A DNA stretch of 64,000 nt, taken from the IMG/VR virus record IMGVR_UViG_3300037424_001177, positions 1 to 64,000 of that record; one strand, given 5' to 3'. The position numbers were made by a program, and so were the translations under genes. This document shows, one piece after another, positions 18,654 through 31,280 of this stretch. The first letter of the stretch is position 1. Each line of letters opens with the position of its first letter. The notes below the pieces were generated by a model. The model did not search any database. It was not told the DNA's origin and saw nothing but the letters and a program-made list of their open reading frames with translations. Origin of the DNA: a virus.

Positions 18654-19554
18654 CGCAGTTCGATTCCTGCGTTGTGTCGTAGACGGTCGTTGGGTTTCGC
18701 CTCTTTTGTTGGTAGGCGATGACGGCGTTGGCAAGAGGCTGTCGGTTACTGAAGCCTTCCTAGATTCTGTCGGGGACGATCCCGTACAGCGTCGACAGCT
18801 TGCTCACAACGCACATCCAGATTTCGTCGTAGTCAGTGCAGAAGCTGATCAAGAGATCGGCGTCGAAGCTGTGCGTGACACTACATCAGTTGTTTGCAAC
18901 TATCCGTTGCTAGCCCCACTGCGTTATGTCGTGGTCGACGGTGCTGACAGACTGACGATCGCAGCCGCTAACGCGTTTCTCAAGACGTTGGAAAGCGCAT
19001 CTCGAACAACGCGCTTTTTCCTTCTGGCAAATTCGGTGAAACAGGTCCTTCCGACCGTGCGCTCTCGTTGTGGGCTTGTTCGGTACAATCGCTTGAGCGA
19101 CACCCTTCTAACCGGTGTCTTGAGATCATTCGTTGATGAGGATCACAAAGCTCTTTTGTACGCACGCTTAGCGGAAGGCTCAGTGGGCCGAGCTGTGCAG
19201 CTTGCTAGCTCCAATCGCTTGAACCTTCGTGACCGTGTCGTCGAGATCTTGCGCGCCGGGATTCGTCGCGACTTGTCCTCATTGTTTTCGATTGTTGATG
19301 AGTTAGGTGATGACTTGATTTTGGGTCTGAGATTTCTTGAGCTTTTGGTGCAAGATCTTTTGGTCGTGTCACACGCACCTGCGAAATTGATCAATGTTGA
19401 TCTGGCTTCCTTGTTGTCTGAGTTGTCCAACACACTTGGACCGAAATCTGAAACCCTCTGGTTCGAGCTTCGTCAGGTGAGATCGAGTCATTCGGCGGCT
19501 CGTATTAACTTGACGTTTCATCTCAAGGCCGCACTGGCAACTGTATTTTCGTGA
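18622..19554 (+). CDS. holB: Clamp loader subunit delta-prime
   Basis: GDDGVGK, HPDF, IGVEAVR, AANAFLKTLE, LPTVRSRC, AEGSVGRA. Confidence 0.9.
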   Translation: MSLNSVLEQDSAVRFLRCVVDGRWVSPLLLVGDDGVGKRLSVTEAFLDSVGDDPVQRRQLAHNAHPDFVVVSAEADQEIGVEAVRDTTSVVCNYPLLAPLRYVVVDGADRLTIAAANAFLKTLESASRTTRFFLLANSVKQVLPTVRSRCGLVRYNRLSDTLLTGVLRSFVDEDHKALLYARLAEGSVGRAVQLASSNRLNLRDRVVEILRAGIRRDLSSLFSIVDELGDDLILGLRFLELLVQDLLVVSHAPAKLINVDLASLLSELSNTLGPKSETLWFELRQVRSSHSAARINLTFHLKAALATVFS

Positions 19555-20528
19555 TGGCTGCCAGAAAAAAGACGCGTCCGTTCCTCCTAGTTTATGGAGA
19601 CGAGGACTACCTGATCGACAAGGTATTCGAGACCAAGCGGTTTCTGTGGAAGAGCAAAAACAGGGTCGTTACTTACGTGGACGGATCCACGACGACGAGT
19701 GAGTCTCTGCATACTTTGTGTGAGACTCCACCTCTCTTTGAAAGTGGATCCCGCATTGTCGTTGTCGACAATGCGCAGGAATTGAAGCTCGGCAAAGAGT
19801 TCGTTACGTACCTGTCAGGGGCGTTTGACTCCACCTCGATGTCATTGGTGGCTTTCTACAGATCCGACAAGTTGACTGGGGGTTGGTCTGAAGTTGCAGC
19901 TCTTGCTGAGAAAGTGGAGATTTCAAAGTTCAAACCATGGGAGCGCGACAAGACAGTTCAGCGCATCACAGATGAAGCGACAGATCTTGGTTTGAAATTG
20001 GCAGATGGTGTAGCGCACAAGCTGTTTGCGTTTCATGGTGACAACCTTCGTGCTGTCGTGAATGAATTGAAGAAACTGCAATACCTCGTACAGCCCAAGG
20101 AAGTTGTCAGTCTACGCCAAGTCATGTTGGTGGCGTCTCCTGCGATACCTGTTGAACCTTATCAGGTCGCAGACGCCGTGATGCTGAGAGACGCGGGCAA
20201 GGCGATGAATCTGATCTCCAGACTCTACCTCCACATGGGGGATTCCGCTTGGGTCCCTGTTGTATTTTCTTGGATGAAGCAAGTTGAGCGCTTGCTTCTG
20301 GCGAAACACTTGCTTGATCGCAACGACTCTATTTCTGTGATTGCGGCACGTTTGGGCCAAAAAGAGTACGCCTGCAAAATGAACGTGATTCCGTTAACCA
20401 GTCGACACACTCAAGGTGTGTTGGTTGGTCAAATGAAAATCCTATGCAAACTCGAATCCCAAATCAAAGGGTCGGCCCGTTCCAAGAGAACGTTGGTCGA
20501 ATTGGCTGTACTTTCGGCGACTGCGTGA
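19551..20528 (+). CDS. holA: Clamp loader subunit delta
   Basis: LVYGDEDYLI, PPLF..RIVVV, NELKKL, IKGS..LVELAVL. Confidence 0.85.
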   Translation: MMAARKKTRPFLLVYGDEDYLIDKVFETKRFLWKSKNRVVTYVDGSTTTSESLHTLCETPPLFESGSRIVVVDNAQELKLGKEFVTYLSGAFDSTSMSLVAFYRSDKLTGGWSEVAALAEKVEISKFKPWERDKTVQRITDEATDLGLKLADGVAHKLFAFHGDNLRAVVNELKKLQYLVQPKEVVSLRQVMLVASPAIPVEPYQVADAVMLRDAGKAMNLISRLYLHMGDSAWVPVVFSWMKQVERLLLAKHLLDRNDSISVIAARLGQKEYACKMNVIPLTSRHTQGVLVGQMKILCKLESQIKGSARSKRTLVELAVLSATA

Positions 20529-20535
20529 GGACACG

Positions 20536-23500
20536 ATGGAACCACAAATTCAAATTGCAGATTCGAACGTTCAAACACAGATGTGTGTCGTCAAGCGCGA
20601 CGGCACGGCTGAGCCTGTAGACGTAAACAAGATCGTTCGTGCCGTCACACGATCCGCAACAGGTTTGCCTTCAGTGGACACGTTGCGTGTTGCACTCAAG
20701 ACCATAGGTGGTCTGTACGACCGTGCAACTACACAGGAGCTTGACGAGCTGTCGATTCGGACAGCAAGCAGTCTTATCGTTGAGGAACCGGAGTACTCCA
20801 AGCTGGCCGCTAGACTGTTGTCAGTTTACATCGACAAAGAGGTAACCGGTCAAGACATCTCCTCGTTTTCCCAATCCGTCTCAATTGGACATCAGTTGGG
20901 GCTGATCAGTGACCGTCTGGTCAAGTTTGTTGATCAGTCGAAGCGCAAATACAACATGAACATCGTGCCGGAGCGCACGGCAGAGTTTGAGTACTTTGGG
21001 CTTCGCACGTTGTACGACCGCTATCTGTTGCGTCATCCGGAGACACGTAAAGTCATCGAAACCCCGCAGCACTTCTTCATGCGCATTGCGTGTGCCCTTG
21101 CTAAGTCGACCGCAGAGGCTCTCGAGTTCTACCGCTTGTTTTCGACGCTGTCGTATCTGCCCAGTTCTCCGACTCTTTTCAATGCAGGTACGTGCCACGA
21201 GCAATTGTCGTCATGCTTTCTTCTCGATTCACCTCAGGACTCCTTGCAGAGCATTTACGATTCCTACGCTGCTGTGGCACAGCTGAGCAAGTTCTCTGGC
21301 GGGATCGGAATCTCGTATACGAGAGTACGGTCTCGTGGAAGCTTGATTGCGAGCACGAACGGCTATTCGAACGGCGTCATTCCGTGGCTGAAGACACTCG
21401 ATGCCTCGGTTGCAGCCGTGAATCAGTGTTTTGCGCCGGACACACTTGTGTTCACAGCTGATGGCGTCAAAGAGCTAAAAGATATCGCGGTGGGTGATTT
21501 GGTTTTGGGGCAACGAGGCTCTTACCGTGAAGTTTTGGACTGCTTGTCTTACCCACAATCCGGGCCAATGGTCGAAGTAGATGTGAAGCATTCCGTCAGG
21601 CCTTTACGTGTGACGTCGGGTCATCCATTTTGGGCAATACAGGGGATACCGCTTGAGCAGGGCTTGGATCGTACCATGTCGCAATTGCAGCGAGGTCTTC
21701 ACAAGATATTGTGGGTGGAAGCAGGTGATTTGAAGAAGGGGGACTATGTGGCGCAAGTGATCCCTACTGAGACTGTGCCTGTGGAGGCGTTCACCGAGGA
21801 TGATGCCCGTCTCTATGGGATCTTGTTGGGGGACGGACACATGTCGAAGGACGGCCTTGAGTACGGTGTGACAGGGAATCCGTCGGATGCCCATATGGAT
21901 TTTGTCCGTGGTTACCTAACTAAAATTGATGTTCATTTTTGGGAAACACGTGTAGCTAATCTGACTTGTCGCCAGATTCGGTGGGCTTCTGGTCGCGGTG
22001 TGCAGAGGAGTACTGAGAACGGACAATTTGTCTGTGCAGGATCGCCGACGCTACCTTTCACGTATCGAGATCTCTATGATGAAAATAAGTACAAGCGCAT
22101 CAGTCGTCGTTTTTCCCATTTACCGCCTGCGCAAACGCGTGCGCTCATTCACGGTCTTCTGGAAACCGATGGTTGTGTGAGTCGCGGCGCTGAGATTACT
22201 TTCACCAACACATCTCGTTCTTTGGTGGAGGGCCTGCGCTACCAACTTGTTCGTTTGGGAGTTCCATGTTCCGGACAGTATCGTGAGCGTGATCAGAATC
22301 ATTCGTTCATTAGCGGCAACGGGGAATTGACGTCGGTTCAAGGTGTTTCGAAGACCTATGATTTACGTATTCCCGCAGTGCCTGAGATTGCGGAGCTAGT
22401 TGGTTGTGTTCCTGTTATCAAACGTAATTGGTTTCAGTTGAACGGTTGTTTGTGGACACGTGTGCGGTCTGTTGGTGTGATTGTGCCGTTGCCTGTTGTG
22501 TATGACCTCAAAGTGGATGGGGATGAAACGTACATGACGTCGGCCGCATTGGTACACAACGGCGGGAAGCGCAAGGGAGCCTGTGCCGTGTATTTGGAGT
22601 CCTGGCACGCAGATATTCTCGAGTTCCTCGAGCTACGCGATGGCACTGGGGATCCTTCGAGGCGGACTCCGAATTTGCATTTGGCGAATTGGATCCCTGA
22701 CCTGTTCATGCAACGAGTCGAGGAGGACCTTGGCTGGAGTCTGTTCGACCCGAAACGCGTCCCTCATTTGACGGACTTGTGGGGAACGGAATTTGATGCC
22801 GCCTACGTGATAGCCGAGATGGACGGTTTGGCTTTGAAGACCGTCAAAGCCCGGGATCTGTACACTCGAATGTTGCGTACGTTGGCTGAGACGGGGAACG
22901 GATGGTTCACGTTCAAAGACAAGAGCAATCGCGCTTGCAATCAGACTTACAAGGGCGGGACTGTGCACCTTTCGAATTTGTGCACAGAGATTTTGGAAGT
23001 GACTTCAAATGACACAACTGCGGTTTGCAATCTCGGATCGATCAACCTGTCACGTCATTTGTCGGCGGGTGCGTTTGACTTTGAAGCTTTGGGCCGAACG
23101 GTCCGCTCAGCTATCCGTCAGTTGGATCGTGTGATCGATTTGAATTTCTATCCTGTTGAGAAGGCCAAAACATCCAATCGACGTTGGCGACCTGTGGGGT
23201 TGGGATTCATGGGTTTACAGGATGTCTTTTTCTCGCTTCGTTTGCCGTTCGACTCCCCTGAAGCCTTGAGCCTTTCGACCAAGATCTCGGAAGAGATCTA
23301 TTACCACGCCTTGTCGGCGTCGGCTGATTTGGCGGAGGAACTTGGACAACATCCGGCCTTTTCAGAGACTCGGACTTCGCAAGGGGAGCTACAGTTTGAC
23401 GCTTGGGGAGTCACGCCGTCTGATCCTGCTCGGTGGAGCGCTCTGTCTCAGCGCATCCAGAAGGTCGGGCTACGAAACTCGTTACTGATTGCTATTGCTC

Positions 23501-24096
23501 CGACTGCCACGATTGCATCGATTGCAGGGTGTTGTGAATGTTTGGAGCCTCAAGTCTCCAACCTGTTCAAGCGGGAGACCTTGAGCGGAGAGTTTTTGCA
23601 GGTCAACGCTTACTTAGCGTTCGACCTCAAACGCCTCGGTCTTTGGACCGAGGATATACGGGATCGTATCAAGGCTGCTGACGGGTCTGTGCACGACATC
23701 GCAGAGATCCCGAACGACCTGCGAGTGCTCTATCGGACGGCTTGGGAACTCTCACAGAGATCCCTGATTGATCTCGCCGCTGCACGGGGCCCCTACATCG
23801 ACCAGAGCCAGTCTCTCAACCTGTTCATGGAGAACCCGGACATAGGTCGAGCGTCGAGTATGTACATGTACGCTTGGAAGTCAGGACTCAAGACCACGTA
23901 CTACTTACGATCTCGCCCGGCTACTCGGATTGCGAAAACAACAACAATCCCCCCCAAAAACGGGAATGGCCACAGCGGCGGTAACGGCCACACAAACGGG
24001 CACGGCGGTAACGGCCATATTGCGGACGTAGAGCCCAGTGTTTTGTCGTGTTCCATCGAAAACGCCTACAGTGGCTCTTGTGAGGCTTGTCAGTGA
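20536..24096 (+). CDS. nrdA: Class Ia ribonucleotide reductase alpha subunit with ATP cone and intein
   Basis: VVKRDG ATP cone, SPTLFNAG, QLSSCFL, SNLCTEI, APTATIA, KTTYY, C-terminal CEACQ. Confidence 0.97.
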   Translation: MEPQIQIADSNVQTQMCVVKRDGTAEPVDVNKIVRAVTRSATGLPSVDTLRVALKTIGGLYDRATTQELDELSIRTASSLIVEEPEYSKLAARLLSVYIDKEVTGQDISSFSQSVSIGHQLGLISDRLVKFVDQSKRKYNMNIVPERTAEFEYFGLRTLYDRYLLRHPETRKVIETPQHFFMRIACALAKSTAEALEFYRLFSTLSYLPSSPTLFNAGTCHEQLSSCFLLDSPQDSLQSIYDSYAAVAQLSKFSGGIGISYTRVRSRGSLIASTNGYSNGVIPWLKTLDASVAAVNQCFAPDTLVFTADGVKELKDIAVGDLVLGQRGSYREVLDCLSYPQSGPMVEVDVKHSVRPLRVTSGHPFWAIQGIPLEQGLDRTMSQLQRGLHKILWVEAGDLKKGDYVAQVIPTETVPVEAFTEDDARLYGILLGDGHMSKDGLEYGVTGNPSDAHMDFVRGYLTKIDVHFWETRVANLTCRQIRWASGRGVQRSTENGQFVCAGSPTLPFTYRDLYDENKYKRISRRFSHLPPAQTRALIHGLLETDGCVSRGAEITFTNTSRSLVEGLRYQLVRLGVPCSGQYRERDQNHSFISGNGELTSVQGVSKTYDLRIPAVPEIAELVGCVPVIKRNWFQLNGCLWTRVRSVGVIVPLPVVYDLKVDGDETYMTSAALVHNGGKRKGACAVYLESWHADILEFLELRDGTGDPSRRTPNLHLANWIPDLFMQRVEEDLGWSLFDPKRVPHLTDLWGTEFDAAYVIAEMDGLALKTVKARDLYTRMLRTLAETGNGWFTFKDKSNRACNQTYKGGTVHLSNLCTEILEVTSNDTTAVCNLGSINLSRHLSAGAFDFEALGRTVRSAIRQLDRVIDLNFYPVEKAKTSNRRWRPVGLGFMGLQDVFFSLRLPFDSPEALSLSTKISEEIYYHALSASADLAEELGQHPAFSETRTSQGELQFDAWGVTPSDPARWSALSQRIQKVGLRNSLLIAIAPTATIASIAGCCECLEPQVSNLFKRETLSGEFLQVNAYLAFDLKRLGLWTEDIRDRIKAADGSVHDIAEIPNDLRVLYRTAWELSQRSLIDLAAARGPYIDQSQSLNLFMENPDIGRASSMYMYAWKSGLKTTYYLRSRPATRIAKTTTIPPKNGNGHSGGNGHTNGHGGNGHIADVEPSVLSCSIENAYSGSCEACQ
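21427..22560 (+). mobile_element. Intein (378 aa) with LAGLIDADG homing endonuclease; Gly at +1
   Basis: NQ|CFAPDT..., block B TSGHPF, GILLGDG and GLLETDG, VYDLKV, LVHN|GGKRKG. Confidence 0.93.
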
Positions 24097-25111
24097 CCGA
24101 ATATCGACGGCCGGCCCGGTTGTTGGACCCCGGCTTGTGTTTGACCCTGCGGCCGATGGTGTACCCGCGGTTTTACGACCAGTACCGGGACGCTATCAAG
24201 AACACCTGGACGGTCGAGGAGGTTGACTTCGCTGGGGACGTGGATGTCCTGGGACGCCTCTCAACTGGGCAAAGGCACATCGTGGAGCGCCTGGTAGCGT
24301 TTTTCGCGACCGGGGACGCCATTGTGTCCAACAACCTGGTCCTAGCTCTGTACCGTCACCTGAACGCTCCTGAGGCCCGCCTGTACCTGTCCCGCCAGTT
24401 GTACGAGGAAGCCCTCCACGTTCAGTTCTACTTGACCTTGCTGGACACCTACATTGCGGACCACGATGCCCGGGCCCGAGCGTTCGCCGCAGTGGAGAAC
24501 ATTCCGTCTATTGCAAAGAAGGCGGAATTTTGCTTTCGCTGGACAGACTCCATGGCGTCCGTCCAGAAGTTGTCCGACCGTTCGTTGCGCCGGCAGTTCC
24601 TTCTGAACTTGATCGCTTTCGCTGCGTGCGTCGAAGGGTTGTTCTTCTTCGGTGCGTTTGCGTATGTTTACTACCTTCGAGACCGGGGCCTGTTACACGG
24701 ACTCGCGACAGGCACCAACTGGGTGTTTCGTGATGAGAGCTGCCACATACAGTTCGCGTTCGACATCGTCAAAGTCATACGGGAAGAGGAACCCGAACTG
24801 TTCGATACTGAGCTGGTAGCGTCAGTCCGGACCATGGTTCAGGAGGCTGTAGAAGCTGAGTCCCAGTTTGCCCATGACGTCCTGGACTCAGGTGTGGCTG
24901 GGTTGTCCTACCGAGACGTGCGGGGCTACTTAGAGTTCATGGCTGACCAGCGGCTCACACAGCTTGATCTCGCACCTCAGTACGGGACCAAAAACCCGCT
25001 CGGCTTTATGGCTCTTCAGGACGTTCAGGAGGTCACGAATTTTTTCGAGCGTCGCGTAGCGTCGTACCAAGTTGGTGTCACGGGCACCGTGTCTTTTAAG
25101 GAGAGTTTCTG

Positions 25112-25112
<1 letters not shown>
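24093..25112 (+). CDS. nrdB: Ribonucleotide reductase beta subunit
   Basis: FFATGD, EEALH..FY, VEGLFF, RDESCH, NFFERRV..Y. Confidence 0.97.
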
Positions 25113-27236
<2,124 letters not shown>

Positions 27237-27269
27237 GTCCTTGGTTTCTGAGCTGGTGTTGGGTCTCCC

Positions 27270-28202
27270 ATGACCACCTCAGACGAAGTCAAAGGCAAAT
27301 ACTTTCCGGTTTTGAACCACGGGTTCGTCGCTCTCGTCGATTACATGGGCGGGGATGCTGCGGTTGTACAGGCTGCTCGGGTTTCTTATGGGCCAGGCAC
27401 GAAGACTGTAAGTGACGATCGCGGTCTGATCCGGTATTTGGTTCGACAGAGACATTCCACACCACTAGAAATGGTGGAGTTGAAGTTTCACGTGAAACTG
27501 CCGATTTTCGTTGCGCGACAGTTGATCCGACATCGGACAGCCAACGTGAACGAATTCTCAATGAGATACTCGTTGGCGCCTTTGCAATTCTACATTCCGG
27601 AGTTTGAAGTTTTTCGAAAACAGAGCAGTGCGAATCGCCAGGGACGAAGTGAGCAGACCGATCGCGAAACCTATGATCGTCTGATGTCGACGTGGAAAGT
27701 GCTCTACAGCCACGTTAGTTCTGGGTACGTTGATGCCCTAACCGAGGAGATCGCTCGGGAGTTGGCGCGTGTTCCTCTCAGTCTGGGCTTGTACACAGAG
27801 TGGTACTGGAAGATCGATCTCCACAACCTGCTTCATTTTCTGACTCTGCGGACGGACTCACACGCTCAGTGGGAAATACAGGAATTCGCTCGGATCAAAG
27901 CAGGCCTGGCTCGTTGTGTTGCTCCGCTGGCTTTTGAGGCTTGGATCGACTACGCCCGTTGTGCTGTTACGTTCAGTCGTATGGAGATGAATTGTCTCAT
28001 CGGAAACATGGGACGAGTGACCTCGATGACCGACGCGGAGATAGCCGTGTACGGTTTGTCTGTTCGTGAGCTTGGCGAGTTCAAGGCCAAGCTCACTGCC
28101 CAGACTGTAATTCCAAATTTTGATTTGGATTTGACGACGGCTAAGGATCCTACACATTTTCACACGCTGGCGATGGCCGCGGTTCCTAGCATAGATCGAT
28201 AG
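27270..28202 (+). CDS. thyX: Flavin-dependent thymidylate synthase
   Basis: AARVSY, HSTPLE, RQLIRHR..NEFSMRY, LRTDSHAQWEI. Confidence 0.97.
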   Translation: MTTSDEVKGKYFPVLNHGFVALVDYMGGDAAVVQAARVSYGPGTKTVSDDRGLIRYLVRQRHSTPLEMVELKFHVKLPIFVARQLIRHRTANVNEFSMRYSLAPLQFYIPEFEVFRKQSSANRQGRSEQTDRETYDRLMSTWKVLYSHVSSGYVDALTEEIARELARVPLSLGLYTEWYWKIDLHNLLHFLTLRTDSHAQWEIQEFARIKAGLARCVAPLAFEAWIDYARCAVTFSRMEMNCLIGNMGRVTSMTDAEIAVYGLSVRELGEFKAKLTAQTVIPNFDLDLTTAKDPTHFHTLAMAAVPSIDR

Positions 28203-28205
28203 ACA

Positions 28206-30434
28206 GTGTTCGAGGACGAGTCTTCGAAGAAGGAAGACAGCGTCATTGATGGCGTTGTCAACTCGATTATTTTCAATCGAGAGTCCTACTACATTTTGTC
28301 GCTAGACGCAGGTACTGGGAGACCAGTGAAAGCCAAGGGCAACCTGTACGGGCTTGACACCGTTTACGAGGGGATCCCGATACGTTTGGTTGGCAAGTGG
28401 ACGCGGAACAAGCGCTATGGTGACGCGTTTTCGTTTCGTACGTGGGATTACTTGAGCACGCCGAATTTGCAAGAGATCGTGCTTTTTCTACGCTGCATCG
28501 ACGGGTTGGCAGATTACCGCGTCGTCAGTCTGATTGCAGAGCGGTACAAAGCGTCAACGTTTGACGCTTTGTCCGAAAAAGTGTCCGAGATCTCAGACTT
28601 GGCCAACAACGTTGTCACGCGTGAGGCCTTGAACGGCGCCACACTGGCTTGGGATCTGGCGCTACAACGACGAGATCTGTCTGTGTTGTTGAGGGACGGC
28701 GGACTCAGTCCTACGGAAACTCAAGCGGCTATGATCCGTTTTGGATCTGAGGCCCCTCGAGTGATCTTGGAGAACCCGTATCGGTTGACGGAGATCGGCT
28801 TCTTGCCTTTCGCACGCGTTGACCGCGTGGCACTACATCTGGGAGTTGCACTATCAGACCCTCGACGTGTGCAAGGAGCTGTTCTGTGGGCTTTGCAGGA
28901 GGGCTCCCGACGGGGACATCTCTACCTAGGTCGCACAGGGTTGTCCCGGATCCTGGAGACGCTCCCACGGCAAGAGGAAGTGGAACCGTTGGAGTATACG
29001 CCCGATGAGAAGGGCGCGATTGACGCAGCGGTGAAGGCCCTATCTCGTCAAAAGGCTGTGACAATCGATCGTGCGGGCCTCTACTTGAACGACTTGTACA
29101 AGTACGAGCGCGAGACTGCAAAGCACTTGGTCTCGCTGGTTACATCTTCGACGATCAAGGTGGATCTCGATCCATTTTTGGTTGCCTACGAAAAGTCCCA
29201 TATGACGCTGTCGGCGTCACAACGACAAGCAGTCGAGACCTTGGCTCGGGAACACGTACTGGTCATCACAGGGCTGCCTGGAACAGGGAAAACACAGACG
29301 ACTCGAGCGATCGTACACTTACTCGAGGAAGCCAAGCTCAATGTGAAATTGATGGCCCCTACAGGGATCGCGGCTAAACGATTGTCCGCGATGACTGGAC
29401 GTCCAGCGTCGACGGTACACAGAGCGCTTGGGTATGACGGCGAGTCCTGGGGTTTCAATGCCTTTCGTCGCTACACCGCAGACGCCGTTATTTTGGACGA
29501 GATGTCCATGGTCGACCAGGAATTGCTGTATCGTCTCTTGGTTGCCCTACACCCTGGGACGCGGCTGATTCTGGTCGGTGACGACGCCCAGTTGCCGAGT
29601 GTTGGACCGGGCCATGTTTTGTGTGAGCTGCTTCGTTGTAGTAAGATCCCACAGGTCAGACTCACGGAGGTGTTTCGCCAGTCCGTGAAGGGGGAGATCG
29701 TTTCGGCGGCGCACGCGATCCACGGTGGACAATTGCCTAACTTGCAGCAGGCGACCACCTCAGAGTTTCGGTTCAAACCCCTCGAGAGTGAAGACGCGAT
29801 CCTGAAACTGATTGTTAGTATGGCTGTGAAACTGAAGAATCAGCATGCCAATTTTCAGATCCTGTCACCCAAGTACAAAGGCACAATAGGCGTCGACAGT
29901 TTGAATATGAGTTTGCGGGACGCCTTGAATCCTGAAGGACCACCCGAGTACAAACACGGAGCTACACGATTTCGAGAGGGTGATCGAGTAATGGTGATCG
30001 CGAATGACTACCGTCTCAACGTTTACAATGGGGATGTCGGAACGCTGAGAACGATTGGACGTGACGGTACGATGTCGGTTCGCATACACGACACGAATCC
30101 GGACGGACCCGTTTTCTTGGTTGACTTTGAGCCTCATGAGGCTGCGAAGAAATTGAAGCTGGCTTACGCAGTCACCGTGCATCGCTGTCAAGGCTCGGAA
30201 TTCGACCACATCATTCTTCCCATCATGCCTTCACAGGGTATCATGTTGCAGCGCAACCTTTTGTACACAGCAGTTACGCGGGCTCGGAAGCGTGTTTGGT
30301 TGATCGGTTCAGTGCAGGCTGTTCAGCGGGCAGTAGACAACAACCAAGTGGTCAATAGGAACACGGTTTTGTCCTCGGTTTTGGAGTCTGCGCTCACCGG
30401 TGTTGTATCCTCCGGTGAGCCCCGAGCGAATTGA
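28206..30434 (+). CDS. recD2: RecD2-like SF1B helicase
   Basis: ENPYRL, GLPGTGKT, DEMSM, GDDAQLPSVG, YAVTVHRCQGSEF, LYTAVTRA. Confidence 0.95.
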   Translation: MFEDESSKKEDSVIDGVVNSIIFNRESYYILSLDAGTGRPVKAKGNLYGLDTVYEGIPIRLVGKWTRNKRYGDAFSFRTWDYLSTPNLQEIVLFLRCIDGLADYRVVSLIAERYKASTFDALSEKVSEISDLANNVVTREALNGATLAWDLALQRRDLSVLLRDGGLSPTETQAAMIRFGSEAPRVILENPYRLTEIGFLPFARVDRVALHLGVALSDPRRVQGAVLWALQEGSRRGHLYLGRTGLSRILETLPRQEEVEPLEYTPDEKGAIDAAVKALSRQKAVTIDRAGLYLNDLYKYERETAKHLVSLVTSSTIKVDLDPFLVAYEKSHMTLSASQRQAVETLAREHVLVITGLPGTGKTQTTRAIVHLLEEAKLNVKLMAPTGIAAKRLSAMTGRPASTVHRALGYDGESWGFNAFRRYTADAVILDEMSMVDQELLYRLLVALHPGTRLILVGDDAQLPSVGPGHVLCELLRCSKIPQVRLTEVFRQSVKGEIVSAAHAIHGGQLPNLQQATTSEFRFKPLESEDAILKLIVSMAVKLKNQHANFQILSPKYKGTIGVDSLNMSLRDALNPEGPPEYKHGATRFREGDRVMVIANDYRLNVYNGDVGTLRTIGRDGTMSVRIHDTNPDGPVFLVDFEPHEAAKKLKLAYAVTVHRCQGSEFDHIILPIMPSQGIMLQRNLLYTAVTRARKRVWLIGSVQAVQRAVDNNQVVNRNTVLSSVLESALTGVVSSGEPRAN

Positions 30435-31194
30435 TCAGGTCTACAAAGAGCTTGCGACCTTGACGGTCGATCTGGTTTCCGATCCAGCGTCCCTCGGTCC
30501 TCCGTATTTACAGGACCTGATTTTCAAAATACGCGGTTACCTGAACCGTGTGAGCCTCTTTACATCCGAAGTCTACTGGGAACTTCACCAGCTCGAGATG
30601 GACCTGGCTGCGTATGAGGCCGCGTATCAAGTCTCAAGCGATGATCTTCTGGCAACCGATAAGCGTGTAACCATGCTGCCCAATCTTCGAGATCGGGTAG
30701 CCATGATCAACCACATCTTGAAGGAAGATCGTTCCAAGATCACAACATGTAGTCGTGCGATCAAGGAACTCAAACTTGTCAATCGTGTGATCCGACATCG
30801 ACATCAAGAACTCGAAAGCACAGTGTCGTCTATTCGTATGCAACGGAGCTTGATAGTCTCTTCTATCAAAACAGGTTCGTTTTATGGCGATGAGGGGGAG
30901 GAGCCGCGAAAGGGAACTAAATCTTTGAAGCCTATGCCCGATGACGACGAGAGCCTCTTGAATTGGTTGGAAGGCGGTCCGGTTTCAATTTCTCCGCCAC
31001 AAAATGAAGGTGACGGAGAGACGGAAACCGAAGAGTCTGTAGACGCGGAAGAAGCACCTGAAATTGAAGAACCGCAAACCGCAGAAGAAGCGTTTGATGA
31101 CTTGTTTGCGACGCCTGAACCTAAAGAGGCGGAGGACGCGCCTACTGATCCTGACGAAATTGCCATGCAAAAGTTTTTGGATGATTTGGTGTAG
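30415..31194 (+). CDS. Coiled-coil protein with acidic tail (possible recombination mediator)
   Basis: Helical N-terminus and D/E-rich C-terminus, next to ssb and recA; GGTGT motif 16 nt upstream. Confidence 0.55.
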   Translation: MSPERIDQVYKELATLTVDLVSDPASLGPPYLQDLIFKIRGYLNRVSLFTSEVYWELHQLEMDLAAYEAAYQVSSDDLLATDKRVTMLPNLRDRVAMINHILKEDRSKITTCSRAIKELKLVNRVIRHRHQELESTVSSIRMQRSLIVSSIKTGSFYGDEGEEPRKGTKSLKPMPDDDESLLNWLEGGPVSISPPQNEGDGETETEESVDAEEAPEIEEPQTAEEAFDDLFATPEPKEAEDAPTDPDEIAMQKFLDDLV

Positions 31195-31270
31195 TAGAGG
31201 ATCGGGGTGGCGGAGACTGTCCTTGAAACAAACCACTTGTCAGTTCTCCGCTCCCCACTAAACCCCTCTA
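31195..31270 (+). promoter_or_regulatory. Structured 5' leader of ssb
   Basis: TAGAGG/CCTCTA, GGGG/CCCC, GCGGAGA/TCTCCGC and CTG/CAG nested stems ending at the SD GGAG. Confidence 0.65.
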
Positions 31271-31280
31271 GGAGTGAAAA

